Shown piece by piece: positions 20,403 through 29,190 of a stretch of DNA of 64,000 nt. The notes under the pieces are model-generated. The model saw nothing but the letters and a program-made list of their open reading frames with translations. It ran no database searches and had not been told where the DNA came from. The translations under genes were made by a program, and so were the position numbers. Within the stretch, counting starts at the first letter, position 1; each line of letters begins with the position of its first letter. The stretch comes from an uncultured Alphaproteobacteria bacterium (GTDB taxonomy: Bacteria > Pseudomonadota > Alphaproteobacteria > HIMB59 > GCA-002718135). Where the stretch lies: the NCBI GenBank assembly GCA_902595855.1, contig CACJRY010000003.1, positions 57,098 through 121,097 of the forward strand. Direction: 5' to 3'.

Positions 20403-21195
20403 AAATTACAGCGCACCAGCTCTAGAAAAAGGATTAGATATTTTAGAACTGTTATCAAATTCTGCTGAAGGTCTTAGTCAAGCTGAAATTGCAGGTAAGT
20501 TAAATAAATCAGTAAATGAAATTTATAGAATGGTAACAACTTTAAGAAAAAGAGAGTATGTAGATTTTGATAATGAAAAAGAAGTTTATAGACTTTCTTT
20601 TAAAATTTTAAACATGACTTCAAAATTTGAACCAGTTAAAACTCTTACAACAAGAGCTATTCCTATAATGAAAGAAATTACTACAAAAGCAACCCAATCT
20701 GTTCATCTAGCTATTTATACAAAAGGTAAAATATTAATTATTGCTCAGGAAGATAGCCCTTCGTCTTTTAATTATCATGTTTCAGTTGGTGCAAGTTTTG
20801 ACTTGCTTGAAACATCATCTGGTAGAGTTATATTAACTTTCCAAAATGAAAAAGAAAGAAAAAGACGACTAGAGAGAAGAAAGTTTTATTCAAGGTTGGA
20901 GACAACTTCAAAAATATCAGTTTCTGAATTAAAAAAAATTGAAAAACTTTTTTCTAAAAATACAATGAAAAAAATTGAAAAAAATAAATATGAATTGGTA
21001 AAGAGTTTACAAATTAAAGGAGTAACAAATATCTCAGTTCCAATTTTTGATCATACTAATAATGCAATTGCGGCCCTTACAATTCCTTTTGTGGATAGAA
21101 TAATTACAAAAGATGAGCTAAGTTTAGAGAAGGTTAAAAAATTATTGATATACTCAGCAGAATTACTTTCAGCAGAAATGGGTTATAAAAATTAG
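20374..21195 (+). CDS. IclR-family transcriptional regulator
   Basis: 273 aa. The N-terminal winged [44 protein letters not shown] is typical of IclR/KdgR. The start (20374 or 20380) overlaps the ATPase gene. Confidence 0.8.
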   Translation: MIMKHKKQSKNYSAPALEKGLDILELLSNSAEGLSQAEIAGKLNKSVNEIYRMVTTLRKREYVDFDNEKEVYRLSFKILNMTSKFEPVKTLTTRAIPIMKEITTKATQSVHLAIYTKGKILIIAQEDSPSSFNYHVSVGASFDLLETSSGRVILTFQNEKERKRRLERRKFYSRLETTSKISVSELKKIEKLFSKNTMKKIEKNKYELVKSLQIKGVTNISVPIFDHTNNAIAALTIPFVDRIITKDELSLEKVKKLLIYSAELLSAEMGYKN

Positions 21196-21197
21196 AG

Positions 21198-21851
21198 ATG
21201 TCAGCAAATATTAATACAGCAAGATTATCCAAATGTTATAGTTCTGTAATTCATGACATCATGAGAGATGATGGTTATAATAATTTCACACTTCCACCTA
21301 ACATCAAACCCTGCAAAAATCACCATGTGCTCGCGGGACAAATTTTTACTATGGAAGGAAAAGTGAACAAATCTCTAAGTCATCACGAAACTCTTTTAGC
21401 TTGGACAGGCTTTTTATCAAAGGCTCCTAGTGATAAGGTAGTTATTTGTCAGCCACATAACAATGAGGTAGCTTTGATGGGTGAGTTATCTGCAGAAACA
21501 CTGCAACAAAAAGGTGTCAAAGGTTACATTGTTGATGGAGGAGCAAGAGATTTAGATTTTATATTAAAAATTGATTTTCCAGTTTGGAGTAGTTTTTATA
21601 CACCAAGAGATGTAGTTGGTTACTGGCATCCTACAAAATTTGAGCAACCAATTAAAATAGGTGATACAGTTATCAATAATAATGATTATGTTTTAGCAGA
21701 CATTGATGGAGTTGTAATTATTCCATCTAATATTATTGAGGATATTTTAATAAGAGCTGAAAAATTAATTAGTACAGAAAATTTAGTAAGAAAATCTATC
21801 CGTGAAGGCATGGATCCTCAAGAAGCATATCTCAAATATAGCGTTTTTTAA
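21198..21851 (+). CDS. RraA-like protein / class II pyruvate aldolase-oxaloacetate decarboxylase family
   Basis: 217 aa with blocks MGELSAETLQQKGVKGYIVDGGARD and ADIDGVVIIP, characteristic of the RraA / 4-hydroxy-4-methyl-2-oxoglutarate aldolase family. Confidence 0.75.
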   Translation: MSANINTARLSKCYSSVIHDIMRDDGYNNFTLPPNIKPCKNHHVLAGQIFTMEGKVNKSLSHHETLLAWTGFLSKAPSDKVVICQPHNNEVALMGELSAETLQQKGVKGYIVDGGARDLDFILKIDFPVWSSFYTPRDVVGYWHPTKFEQPIKIGDTVINNNDYVLADIDGVVIIPSNIIEDILIRAEKLISTENLVRKSIREGMDPQEAYLKYSVF

Positions 21852-22295
21852 TTATTTTTTTTCAACAAGCAATATATGTTCAGAATAGCAAACGCACTTA
21901 TCATTTTGATTTAATATTTCACAAGCTTCATTAACTTGACCGTATTGAGGTCTTTTAGGGTCATCCTTTTTTTCTTTAATGGTAACTTTTGTGTGTATAG
22001 TATCTCCAATGAAAACGGGATTAGGAAAACGAAGTCTTTCAAATCCATATGTGAAAGCTCTTTTATTAACAACTGATGCAGTAAGAGCAATTCCAATTGA
22101 AAATGTACAACTAAATTGTGCAATTCTCTGACCAAAAGGAGTTGTTTTAGCAAATTCAGCATCAACGTGGTGAGGGTAGAAGTCTCCTGAATGCATTGCA
22201 TGCATGACGATATCTGTTTCAGTAATTGTTCTTGCTGCAGTAATTCTTTCTGCCCCTACTTCGTAATCTTCAAAAAATTGCTCAATCTCTACCAT
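21852..22295 (-). CDS. MaoC-like (R)-specific enoyl-CoA hydratase (single hot-dog)
   Basis: 147 aa. The hydratase-2 motif is retained: SGDFYPHHVDAEFA, with Asp and His present. Its stop codon abuts the RraA stop (TAATTA). Confidence 0.75.
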   Translation of the reverse strand: MVEIEQFFEDYEVGAERITAARTITETDIVMHAMHSGDFYPHHVDAEFAKTTPFGQRIAQFSCTFSIGIALTASVVNKRAFTYGFERLRFPNPVFIGDTIHTKVTIKEKKDDPKRPQYGQVNEACEILNQNDKCVCYSEHILLVEKK

Positions 22296-22311
22296 GTTTC
22301 CTCATTATTTT

Positions 22312-22325
22312 TATTGAATTCAATA
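22312..22325. promoter_or_regulatory. perfect 14-bp palindrome TATTGAATTCAATA in the 62-nt divergent spacer between the two MaoC genes (candidate operator)
   Basis: Read directly from the sequence. It is the only sizeable symmetric element in the spacer that must hold both promoters, and an IclR regulator gene lies 1.1 kb upstream. Confidence 0.35.
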
Positions 22326-22357
22326 TTTTAAGATAATAGAGTAGCATAATTTTAAAT

Positions 22358-22921
22358 ATGAATAAAGATTTTAAATATAAAAATACTATTGGAATTGAAT
22401 CAACTTTTCCAAAAGATATGCCTCAAGAACATAGCAAATTACCTGTGTGGAATTCAGAAAATTGGTTTTATGAAGATGTGATTGTTGATCATAAGATAAG
22501 ATCTCTTAGAAGGACAATTTCTGAAGGCGAAGCTATGCAGTTTAATTGTATGGTACTTGATATGCACCCCTATGTTGGTGATGAACATTTTGCTAAAAAT
22601 GAAGGTCTATTTAAAAAAAGACTAGTGGCAGGAGCAATGGTTTTTTCTTATGGCTTGGGTTTGGTAGCGACTAATTGTGTTAACTCATTTAGTTATGGGT
22701 ATGATCGCTTAAGATTTATTAAACCAGTTTTTATTGGTGATACGATATACACAATTAGAACAAATATGGAAAAAAAACCTAAATATGAAAAAATGGGCTT
22801 GGTTAGAACTAGTTATGAAGTTTTTAAAGGTGATGGCGAGATTGTACTTTACTGTGAACACTTACACTCTGTTTTGTATAAAAAGCCTGAGGATTTTAAA
22901 GACCAATATGAAAAAAAATGA
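22358..22921 (+). CDS. MaoC-like hot-dog protein with a degenerate hydratase motif
   Basis: 187 aa. The C-terminal two thirds align by eye with the 147-aa paralogue ([22 protein letters not shown] versus [22 protein letters not shown]). The motif region reads [13 protein letters not shown], with Val at the expected catalytic His position. Confidence 0.65.
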   Translation: MNKDFKYKNTIGIESTFPKDMPQEHSKLPVWNSENWFYEDVIVDHKIRSLRRTISEGEAMQFNCMVLDMHPYVGDEHFAKNEGLFKKRLVAGAMVFSYGLGLVATNCVNSFSYGYDRLRFIKPVFIGDTIYTIRTNMEKKPKYEKMGLVRTSYEVFKGDGEIVLYCEHLHSVLYKKPEDFKDQYEKK

Positions 22922-24048
22922 TCCAACTCAAAGGCATGACATGGGATCATTCAAGAGGTTATGACCCAATGATTGCTACAAGTGATTTTTTTTCAAAAAA
23001 ACATAATAATAAAGTTCAAATAAACTGGGAAAAAAGATCATTACAAGCATTTGCAGACAGACCAATAGATCAAATGGCAGATGAATATGATTTAATGGTC
23101 ATTGATTATCCGCATGTTGGGGAAGTGTCAGCTAAAGGTTTATTGCAAAAATTTGATGTTGATGAATACCAAAGTGAATTAAATTTATTGAAAGAACAGT
23201 CTGTAGGACTCTCTCATCAAAGCTATAATATTGATGGTCATCAATGGGCATTAGCAATTGATGCGGCAACTCAGGTATGTTGTTTTAGAAAAGATTTAAT
23301 ACCCTTTTTACCACAATCTTGGAACGAACTTTCAAATTTAGCTCAACAAAATAAAGTTCTTTGGCCTTTAAAGCCAGTACATGCAATAAGTAGCTTTTAT
23401 AGTATTTACAATAATATTACTGATGAGTTTAATCCTAAAGACAAAAATTTTATAAATAAAGAATTTGGAATTAAGACATTAGAAATGATGAAACATATAA
23501 CAGAACATTTAATTAGTGATTGTTTCATAATGGATCCAATCAAAACTGCAGAAATTTTATCATCTACTGATGATTTTTATTATTCACCTTACACATATGG
23601 ATTTTCAAATTACTCCCGAGAAAATTTCAGAGAAAATATTTTAACATATGGTAATGTTATGGACTTATCAAATAAAGGCCCTAAAGGAACCCATTTAGGC
23701 GGAACTGGAATTGCAATATCTAATAAAAGTTATCATAAAGATCTTGCATTAGAATATAGTTATTGGATTGCAGGGGCTGATTGTCAAAAATCAATTTTCT
23801 ATAAAAGTGGGGGGCAGCCAGGTAATTCTATTGCATGGGAAAATCAGCAAATAAATGCTGAATGTAATGGATTTTTTACTAATACAAGATTAACGTTAAA
23901 TCAAGCCTGGATCAGACCAAGACATAATGGGTATATGAAGTTTCAAGATGAAAGTGGAGAGATTATTAATGAATACCTTCAATCAAATACTAATGAAGAC
24001 ATTATCATTGATAAGTTAAAAATTATGTATGCAGAAAGTTTTGAATAA
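22918..24048 (+). CDS. cytoplasmic (signal-peptide-less) family-1 solute-binding-protein-fold protein, function unknown
   Basis: 376 aa. The N-terminus [25 protein letters not shown] has no hydrophobic leader. SBP_bac_1-like blocks are present: [25 protein letters not shown] and [30 protein letters not shown] overlap with the upstream gene. Confidence 0.55.
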   Translation: MIQLKGMTWDHSRGYDPMIATSDFFSKKHNNKVQINWEKRSLQAFADRPIDQMADEYDLMVIDYPHVGEVSAKGLLQKFDVDEYQSELNLLKEQSVGLSHQSYNIDGHQWALAIDAATQVCCFRKDLIPFLPQSWNELSNLAQQNKVLWPLKPVHAISSFYSIYNNITDEFNPKDKNFINKEFGIKTLEMMKHITEHLISDCFIMDPIKTAEILSSTDDFYYSPYTYGFSNYSRENFRENILTYGNVMDLSNKGPKGTHLGGTGIAISNKSYHKDLALEYSYWIAGADCQKSIFYKSGGQPGNSIAWENQQINAECNGFFTNTRLTLNQAWIRPRHNGYMKFQDESGEIINEYLQSNTNEDIIIDKLKIMYAESFE

Positions 24049-24052
24049 TAAG

Positions 24053-25201
24053 ATGTCTAGACCTTTGGAAGGATTAACAGTTCTAGAATTTAGTCAATTT
24101 TTGTCAGGACCATATGCCGGTCTACGATTATCTGATTTAGGAGCAAGAGTTATTAAAATTGAGAGACCTGAAGTTGGAGATCTATGCAGGACACTTTACA
24201 TTAGTGATACTGATTTAGAAGGGGATAGCACTTTATTTCATGCAATTAATCGTAATAAGGAGAGTTTTGCTGCAAATTTAAAGGACCCTAAAGATTTGGA
24301 TTTAGTTAAAAAACTAATAACCAAAGCTGATATTATTACTCAAAATTTTAGACCAGGCGTTATCGAAAAGATTGGCCTTGATTATGAAAGTGTAAAAAAA
24401 ATAAATTCAAAAATTGTTTATGGCTCAATCTCTGGTTATGGTTCTGAGGGACCTTGGAAAGATTTACCAGGACAAGATCTGCTTGCTCAATCAAGAACAG
24501 GTTTAGTTTGGTTAAATGGAAATGGTGGTGAAGCACCCACACCAATGGGTTTAGCTGTCGCTGATATGCTTGCCGGACATTCTCTTGTTGAAGGAATTTT
24601 GTCAGCTGTAATTAAAAGATTTAGGACTAATGAAGGATCTCATATTGAAACAAGTTTAGTCGAGGCACTGCTAGATTTTCAATTTGAAGTTTTAACTACA
24701 TATTTTAATGATGGAAATAGAAAACCAGTAAGAAGCAAATATAATAATGCTCATGCTTATTTATCCGCTCCTTACGGAATTTATAAAACAAAAGATGGTT
24801 TTGTTGCAATTGCGATGACACCACTGCCAAAACTTGGTGAATTATTAGATCTTGAATTTTTAAAAAATATGCATGATCAAAAAAAATGGTTCACTGAAAG
24901 AGATGAAATAAAGAAAAAGATTGGAGATTGGGTGAACGCACAAACTACATCCCACATATTAAGTATTCTTGAGCCTGCTGATATTTGGTGTGCGGAAGTT
25001 TTAGATTGGGAAAAAATGTTAAAACATGAAGGTTTTAAAATTTTAGATATGACCCAGCGAATTATAGGAGTTGATGGATTGAATATTGAAACACTAAGAT
25101 GCCCAATAAGAGTTAATGGAAAAATATTTAAATCAGAGAAAGCTGCTCCAAAGGTGGGACAAGATAATGAAAAAATAATAGCAGAAATGAATATTGTATG
25201 A
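24053..25201 (+). CDS. family III (CaiB/BaiF) CoA-transferase
   Basis: The N-terminal block PLEGLTVLEFSQFLSGPYAGLRLSDLGARVIKIERP is a hallmark of the family. The ATG at 24053 is preferred to the track start at 24029, which overlaps the upstream gene. Confidence 0.85.
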   Translation: MSRPLEGLTVLEFSQFLSGPYAGLRLSDLGARVIKIERPEVGDLCRTLYISDTDLEGDSTLFHAINRNKESFAANLKDPKDLDLVKKLITKADIITQNFRPGVIEKIGLDYESVKKINSKIVYGSISGYGSEGPWKDLPGQDLLAQSRTGLVWLNGNGGEAPTPMGLAVADMLAGHSLVEGILSAVIKRFRTNEGSHIETSLVEALLDFQFEVLTTYFNDGNRKPVRSKYNNAHAYLSAPYGIYKTKDGFVAIAMTPLPKLGELLDLEFLKNMHDQKKWFTERDEIKKKIGDWVNAQTTSHILSILEPADIWCAEVLDWEKMLKHEGFKILDMTQRIIGVDGLNIETLRCPIRVNGKIFKSEKAAPKVGQDNEKIIAEMNIV

Positions 25202-26304
25202 AGATTACTGATATAGAAATACGCGCATGTCGTCATAGGGATCCTGTAATGAAAGACTCAGAGATGCGTGATGGAAAAAAATCAGATTTAGAATTTTTAG
25301 TAGTAACTTTTCACACAAATGAAGGTTTAAGCACATCTACTTTTGGTTTTGCAGGAAGAGGAGCATCGATGGCAGGAGAAATAGCTAATAGTATTTTCAA
25401 ACCATTTTTTATTGGTAGAGATCCTTTATATAGGGAAAAGCATTGGCATGAATACCGAATGGCAGATCGATGGTGGAATCATGCTCCGATATATAGTTAT
25501 GGACCTTTTGATATTAATTGTTGGGTTTTATCATCTCTACAAGCAAGTCAGCCGTTATATAAATATTTAGGCGCGTATAGAGATCAAGTTCCAATTTATG
25601 GAAGTTCTCTTGTTTATAAAACACCAGAGCAATATGCAAAAGAGGCGAAAGAATATCAAAATAAAGGTTTTAATGCTTATAAAATTCATCCTCCTGGAAC
25701 ATACGATTTAGATTTAGAAATTCATAAAGCTGTAAGATCAGCTGTGGGTAATGATTTTAAATTAATGAGTGACCCTGTAGCTCCATATACTTTTGAGCAA
25801 GCTTTGCGTTTAGGAAGAGAATTAGAAAAATTAAATTATTACTGGTATGAAGAACCATTATTTGATGAAAACTTTCATAACCTTAGAGAATTAACAAGAA
25901 TATTAGATATCCCAATTATTGGTACTGAAGTAATTGCAAAACATCCCTACAGTGTTGCAGAATGTATTTCGACTAGAGTAGTTGATATGGTTAGAGCAGA
26001 TGTATCTTGGAGTGGTGGTATCACCGCAACAATGAAAACTGCTCACTTAGCTGAAAGTTTTGGTGTTCAGTGTGAAATTCATACAGCAATTTATCATCCT
26101 CTAGAATTGGTAAATTTACATTGTTGTGCTGCAATAAAAAATTCAGAATTTTTTGAGGTTCTTGTTCCTTACGATTATTTCGATTTTGGGTTAAAGGAAA
26201 AAATAAAAGTTGAAAATGGTTCTGCACAATTGCCTTCTAAACCCGGTCTTGGTATTGAATTAGATTGGGATTTTATTGATAACACTACTTTCAAAAAATT
26301 TTAA
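25198..26304 (+). CDS. enolase-superfamily protein, specificity unknown (atypical K-x-H)
   Basis: 368 aa with blocks YKIHPPG (K-I-H where FucD has K-V-K), LMSDP, WYEEP, GTE, DMVRAD and CEIHT. It overlaps the CoA-transferase gene by 4 nt. Confidence 0.75.
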   Translation: MKITDIEIRACRHRDPVMKDSEMRDGKKSDLEFLVVTFHTNEGLSTSTFGFAGRGASMAGEIANSIFKPFFIGRDPLYREKHWHEYRMADRWWNHAPIYSYGPFDINCWVLSSLQASQPLYKYLGAYRDQVPIYGSSLVYKTPEQYAKEAKEYQNKGFNAYKIHPPGTYDLDLEIHKAVRSAVGNDFKLMSDPVAPYTFEQALRLGRELEKLNYYWYEEPLFDENFHNLRELTRILDIPIIGTEVIAKHPYSVAECISTRVVDMVRADVSWSGGITATMKTAHLAESFGVQCEIHTAIYHPLELVNLHCCAAIKNSEFFEVLVPYDYFDFGLKEKIKVENGSAQLPSKPGLGIELDWDFIDNTTFKKF

Positions 26305-26306
26305 CA

Positions 26307-27608
26307 ATGACTAAAATTTTAAGATTTACAGTTGAGGATATTAGATTTCCAACATCAAAAGATCTTACAGGCTCTGATGCAATTCATACTGATCCAGATT
26401 ATTCCGCTACATATGTTACTGCTTATACTGATGACTCAAATCTGAAAGGTTATGGAATAGCTTTTACAATAGGAAAAGGTAATGACATTGTTGCAGAGTG
26501 TATTAAATATTTTTTTCCAACTTTTGAAAATATGAATTTGGATGACATAGAAAATGATATTGGAAAACTCTGGTATAAATGCGTTGACCATAGTCAACTT
26601 AGATGGCTTGGTCCTGAAAAGGGAGCAGTCCATATGGCGGTCGCAGCTATATTTAATTGTCTATGGGATTTAATTGCCAAGAAAAATAAAAAACCACTTT
26701 GGAAGTTTGTAGCAGAAAGTGATCCAGAAAAAATACTTAGTTGGTTAACTTTCAAGTATATTGAAGATGTTTTAACCCCGGATCAGGCTTTAAAAATTTT
26801 AAAAGATAGTCAAAATGATAAAAAAGCAAGAATAGATAAAATTTTAAAAGAAGGTTATCCTTCTTACACTACAGCAGCTGGTTGGCTTGGTTACTCAGAT
26901 GAAAAAATAGTAAAACTATGTAAAAAATATATTTCTATGGGTTGGAAACATTTCAAAGTTAAAGTTGGTTTGGATCTAGAGGCCGATGTAAAAAGACTTG
27001 AATTAATAAGAAAGACAATAGGTGATGACTGTCATATTATGGTTGACGCTAACCAACAATGGAGTGTGGAACAATCAATAAAGCATATTAATGCTTATAA
27101 AAAATTTAATTTATTATTTGTTGAAGAGCCTACAAGTCCAGATGACGTACTAGGTTTTGTAAAAATAAAAGCATCAGTAGGAAATGTTAAGCTTGCAACC
27201 GGAGAAGCTTGTGGTGGCAGAGTTATGTTTAAGCAATTTTTAGAGTCAGGATCTATGAATGTGTGCCAAATTGATAGTTGTCGCATTGGCAGCATTAATG
27301 AAATTTTAACTGTAATGCTAATGGCACATAAATTTAAAGTACCAATCTTCCCTCATGCTGGAGGAGTTGGTTTATGTGAGTATGTCCAACATTTATGTAT
27401 GATTGATTATGTACTTATAAATGGAGATAAAAATAATAAATTTGTTGAATATTCTGATCAACTACATGAGCATTTCATATATCCATGTAACTTAAAGGAT
27501 GGTAATTACATGCCACCTTTAGATCATGGATATTCTATTGAAATGAAAGAAAACTCTGTTAAGGAGTTCTCTTATCCTCATGGATTTTATTGGCAGAGTA
27601 ATAAATGA
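26307..27608 (+). CDS. fucD: L-fuconate dehydratase
   Basis: 433 aa, co-linear by eye with Xanthomonas campestris FucD. Shared blocks: IRFPTSKDLTGSDAIHTDPDYSATYV, SQLRWLGPEKGAVHMA, GYPSYTTAAGWLGYSDEK, FKVKVG, VDANQQW, VEEPTSPDDVLG, FPHAGGVGLCEYVQHL. Confidence 0.9.
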   Translation: MTKILRFTVEDIRFPTSKDLTGSDAIHTDPDYSATYVTAYTDDSNLKGYGIAFTIGKGNDIVAECIKYFFPTFENMNLDDIENDIGKLWYKCVDHSQLRWLGPEKGAVHMAVAAIFNCLWDLIAKKNKKPLWKFVAESDPEKILSWLTFKYIEDVLTPDQALKILKDSQNDKKARIDKILKEGYPSYTTAAGWLGYSDEKIVKLCKKYISMGWKHFKVKVGLDLEADVKRLELIRKTIGDDCHIMVDANQQWSVEQSIKHINAYKKFNLLFVEEPTSPDDVLGFVKIKASVGNVKLATGEACGGRVMFKQFLESGSMNVCQIDSCRIGSINEILTVMLMAHKFKVPIFPHAGGVGLCEYVQHLCMIDYVLINGDKNNKFVEYSDQLHEHFIYPCNLKDGNYMPPLDHGYSIEMKENSVKEFSYPHGFYWQSNK

Positions 27609-28342
27609 GACTAACAAATAAAAATATTATAGTAACTGCTGCAGCTCAAGGTATTGGCAGGGCTACTGCAATAGCTTTTGCAAATGAAGGTGCAAATGTC
27701 ATTGCAACAGATATAAATGAAGATAAGCTTAAAGAAATTTCAAAAGAAAATAAAAATATTCAAATGCAAAAACTTGATGCAACTAGCAAAACTGAGGTTG
27801 AGGATTTTTGCTCGAATATAAATGAAATTGACATATTATTTCATGCTGTGGGCTTTGTTCACCATGGTAATATAATGGATTGTGATACTGAGGAATTTTA
27901 TAGATCAGTAAATGTAAATATTTACTCTGCTTATTTAATGACTCATAATTTATTACCCAAGATGCTGAAAAATAAAAAAGGAAACATCATTATAGTCTCT
28001 TCTGCGGCATCAAGCGTAAAAGGTGTACCAAATAGATTTATCTATGGAACAACAAAAGCGGCACTCAATGGGTTTGTAAAAGCTCTAGCCGCAGATTATG
28101 TTGGTCAGGGGATAAGATGTAACGCTATTTTGCCTGGTACAGTTGAAACACCTTCTTGGGAAGGGAGAGTGCAAATGGCTGATGATCCAAAAAAAGCTAG
28201 AGAAGATTTTATAGCAAGACAGGCAATGGGCCGTCTTGCTCAACCAAGTGAGATTGCATCAATGGCACTTTATTTAGCAAGTGATGAATCTGATTTTGTG
28301 ACTGGAACACTTAATTTAATTGATGGAGGATGGACTTTATAA
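27605..28342 (+). CDS. short-chain dehydrogenase, 2-keto-3-deoxy-L-fuconate/rhamnonate 4-dehydrogenase-like
   Basis: 245 aa classical SDR with TAAAQGIGRA and YGTTKAAL (YxxxK). Its position directly after fucD matches the published fuconate operon logic. Confidence 0.7.
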   Translation: MRLTNKNIIVTAAAQGIGRATAIAFANEGANVIATDINEDKLKEISKENKNIQMQKLDATSKTEVEDFCSNINEIDILFHAVGFVHHGNIMDCDTEEFYRSVNVNIYSAYLMTHNLLPKMLKNKKGNIIIVSSAASSVKGVPNRFIYGTTKAALNGFVKALAADYVGQGIRCNAILPGTVETPSWEGRVQMADDPKKAREDFIARQAMGRLAQPSEIASMALYLASDESDFVTGTLNLIDGGWTL

Positions 28343-29190
28343 TGAAAACACTAAGATATAGAATTGGTAATGAGGTTAAGCCAGGAATTTTAGATTCTGA
28401 TGAAAACATACTTGATGCTTCCAGTTTGGTTTCTGATTGGGATAATGAAAATGTAACAACAGATAAGTTGAATGAATTAAAAAATAGTGATTTGAGTTCT
28501 CTCCCAAAAGTAGATAAAATTGATAGTATAGCTCCTTGTGTATGTAAAAAAAGTGTTGGAAAATTTATTTGCATAGGTCTAAATTATTCTGATCATGCAG
28601 AGGAAACTGGAATGGAAGTTCCTCCTGAGCCAATTATTTTTTTTAAAGCTACGAGTGCTATTATTGGACCTAACGATAATGTAATCATTCCAAAAAATTC
28701 TAAAAAATCAGATTGGGAAGTTGAGTTAGGAATTGTAATTGGAAAAGAAGCTAAATATATTTCTGAAGACCAATCACAAGATCATATAGCAGGTTATTGT
28801 GTTGTGAATGATTTAAGTGAGAGAGCTTTTCAATTAGAACATTCTGGACAATGGGTAAAAGGAAAATCTTGTGATACTTTCGGACCTATAGGTCCATATT
28901 TAGTAACTAAAGATGAAGTTTCTGATCCTCAAAATTTATCAATGTGGTTAGAAGTTAATGGAAAAAGGATGCAGGATGGTTCAACCAAAACAATGGTTTA
29001 TGGTGTTAATTTTTTAGTTAGTTATTTAAGTCATTTTATGTCTTTACAGCCTGGTGATATTATTTCGACAGGAACACCACCAGGAGTTGGTATGGGTTTA
29101 AAACCACAGACATTTTTAAAACCTGGTGATGAAATGAAGCTTGGCATTGAAGGATTGGGTACTCAAACTCAAAAAACAATATCTGCATAA
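28342..29190 (+). CDS. fumarylacetoacetate-hydrolase-family protein, 2,4-diketo-3-deoxy-L-fuconate/rhamnonate hydrolase-like
   Basis: FAH-family blocks GLNYSDHAEE, DWEVELGIVIGK and GDIISTGTPPGVG. The ATG at 28342 overlaps the SDR stop (TAATG); the track start at 28330 adds 4 aa. Confidence 0.7.
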   Translation: MKTLRYRIGNEVKPGILDSDENILDASSLVSDWDNENVTTDKLNELKNSDLSSLPKVDKIDSIAPCVCKKSVGKFICIGLNYSDHAEETGMEVPPEPIIFFKATSAIIGPNDNVIIPKNSKKSDWEVELGIVIGKEAKYISEDQSQDHIAGYCVVNDLSERAFQLEHSGQWVKGKSCDTFGPIGPYLVTKDEVSDPQNLSMWLEVNGKRMQDGSTKTMVYGVNFLVSYLSHFMSLQPGDIISTGTPPGVGMGLKPQTFLKPGDEMKLGIEGLGTQTQKTISA

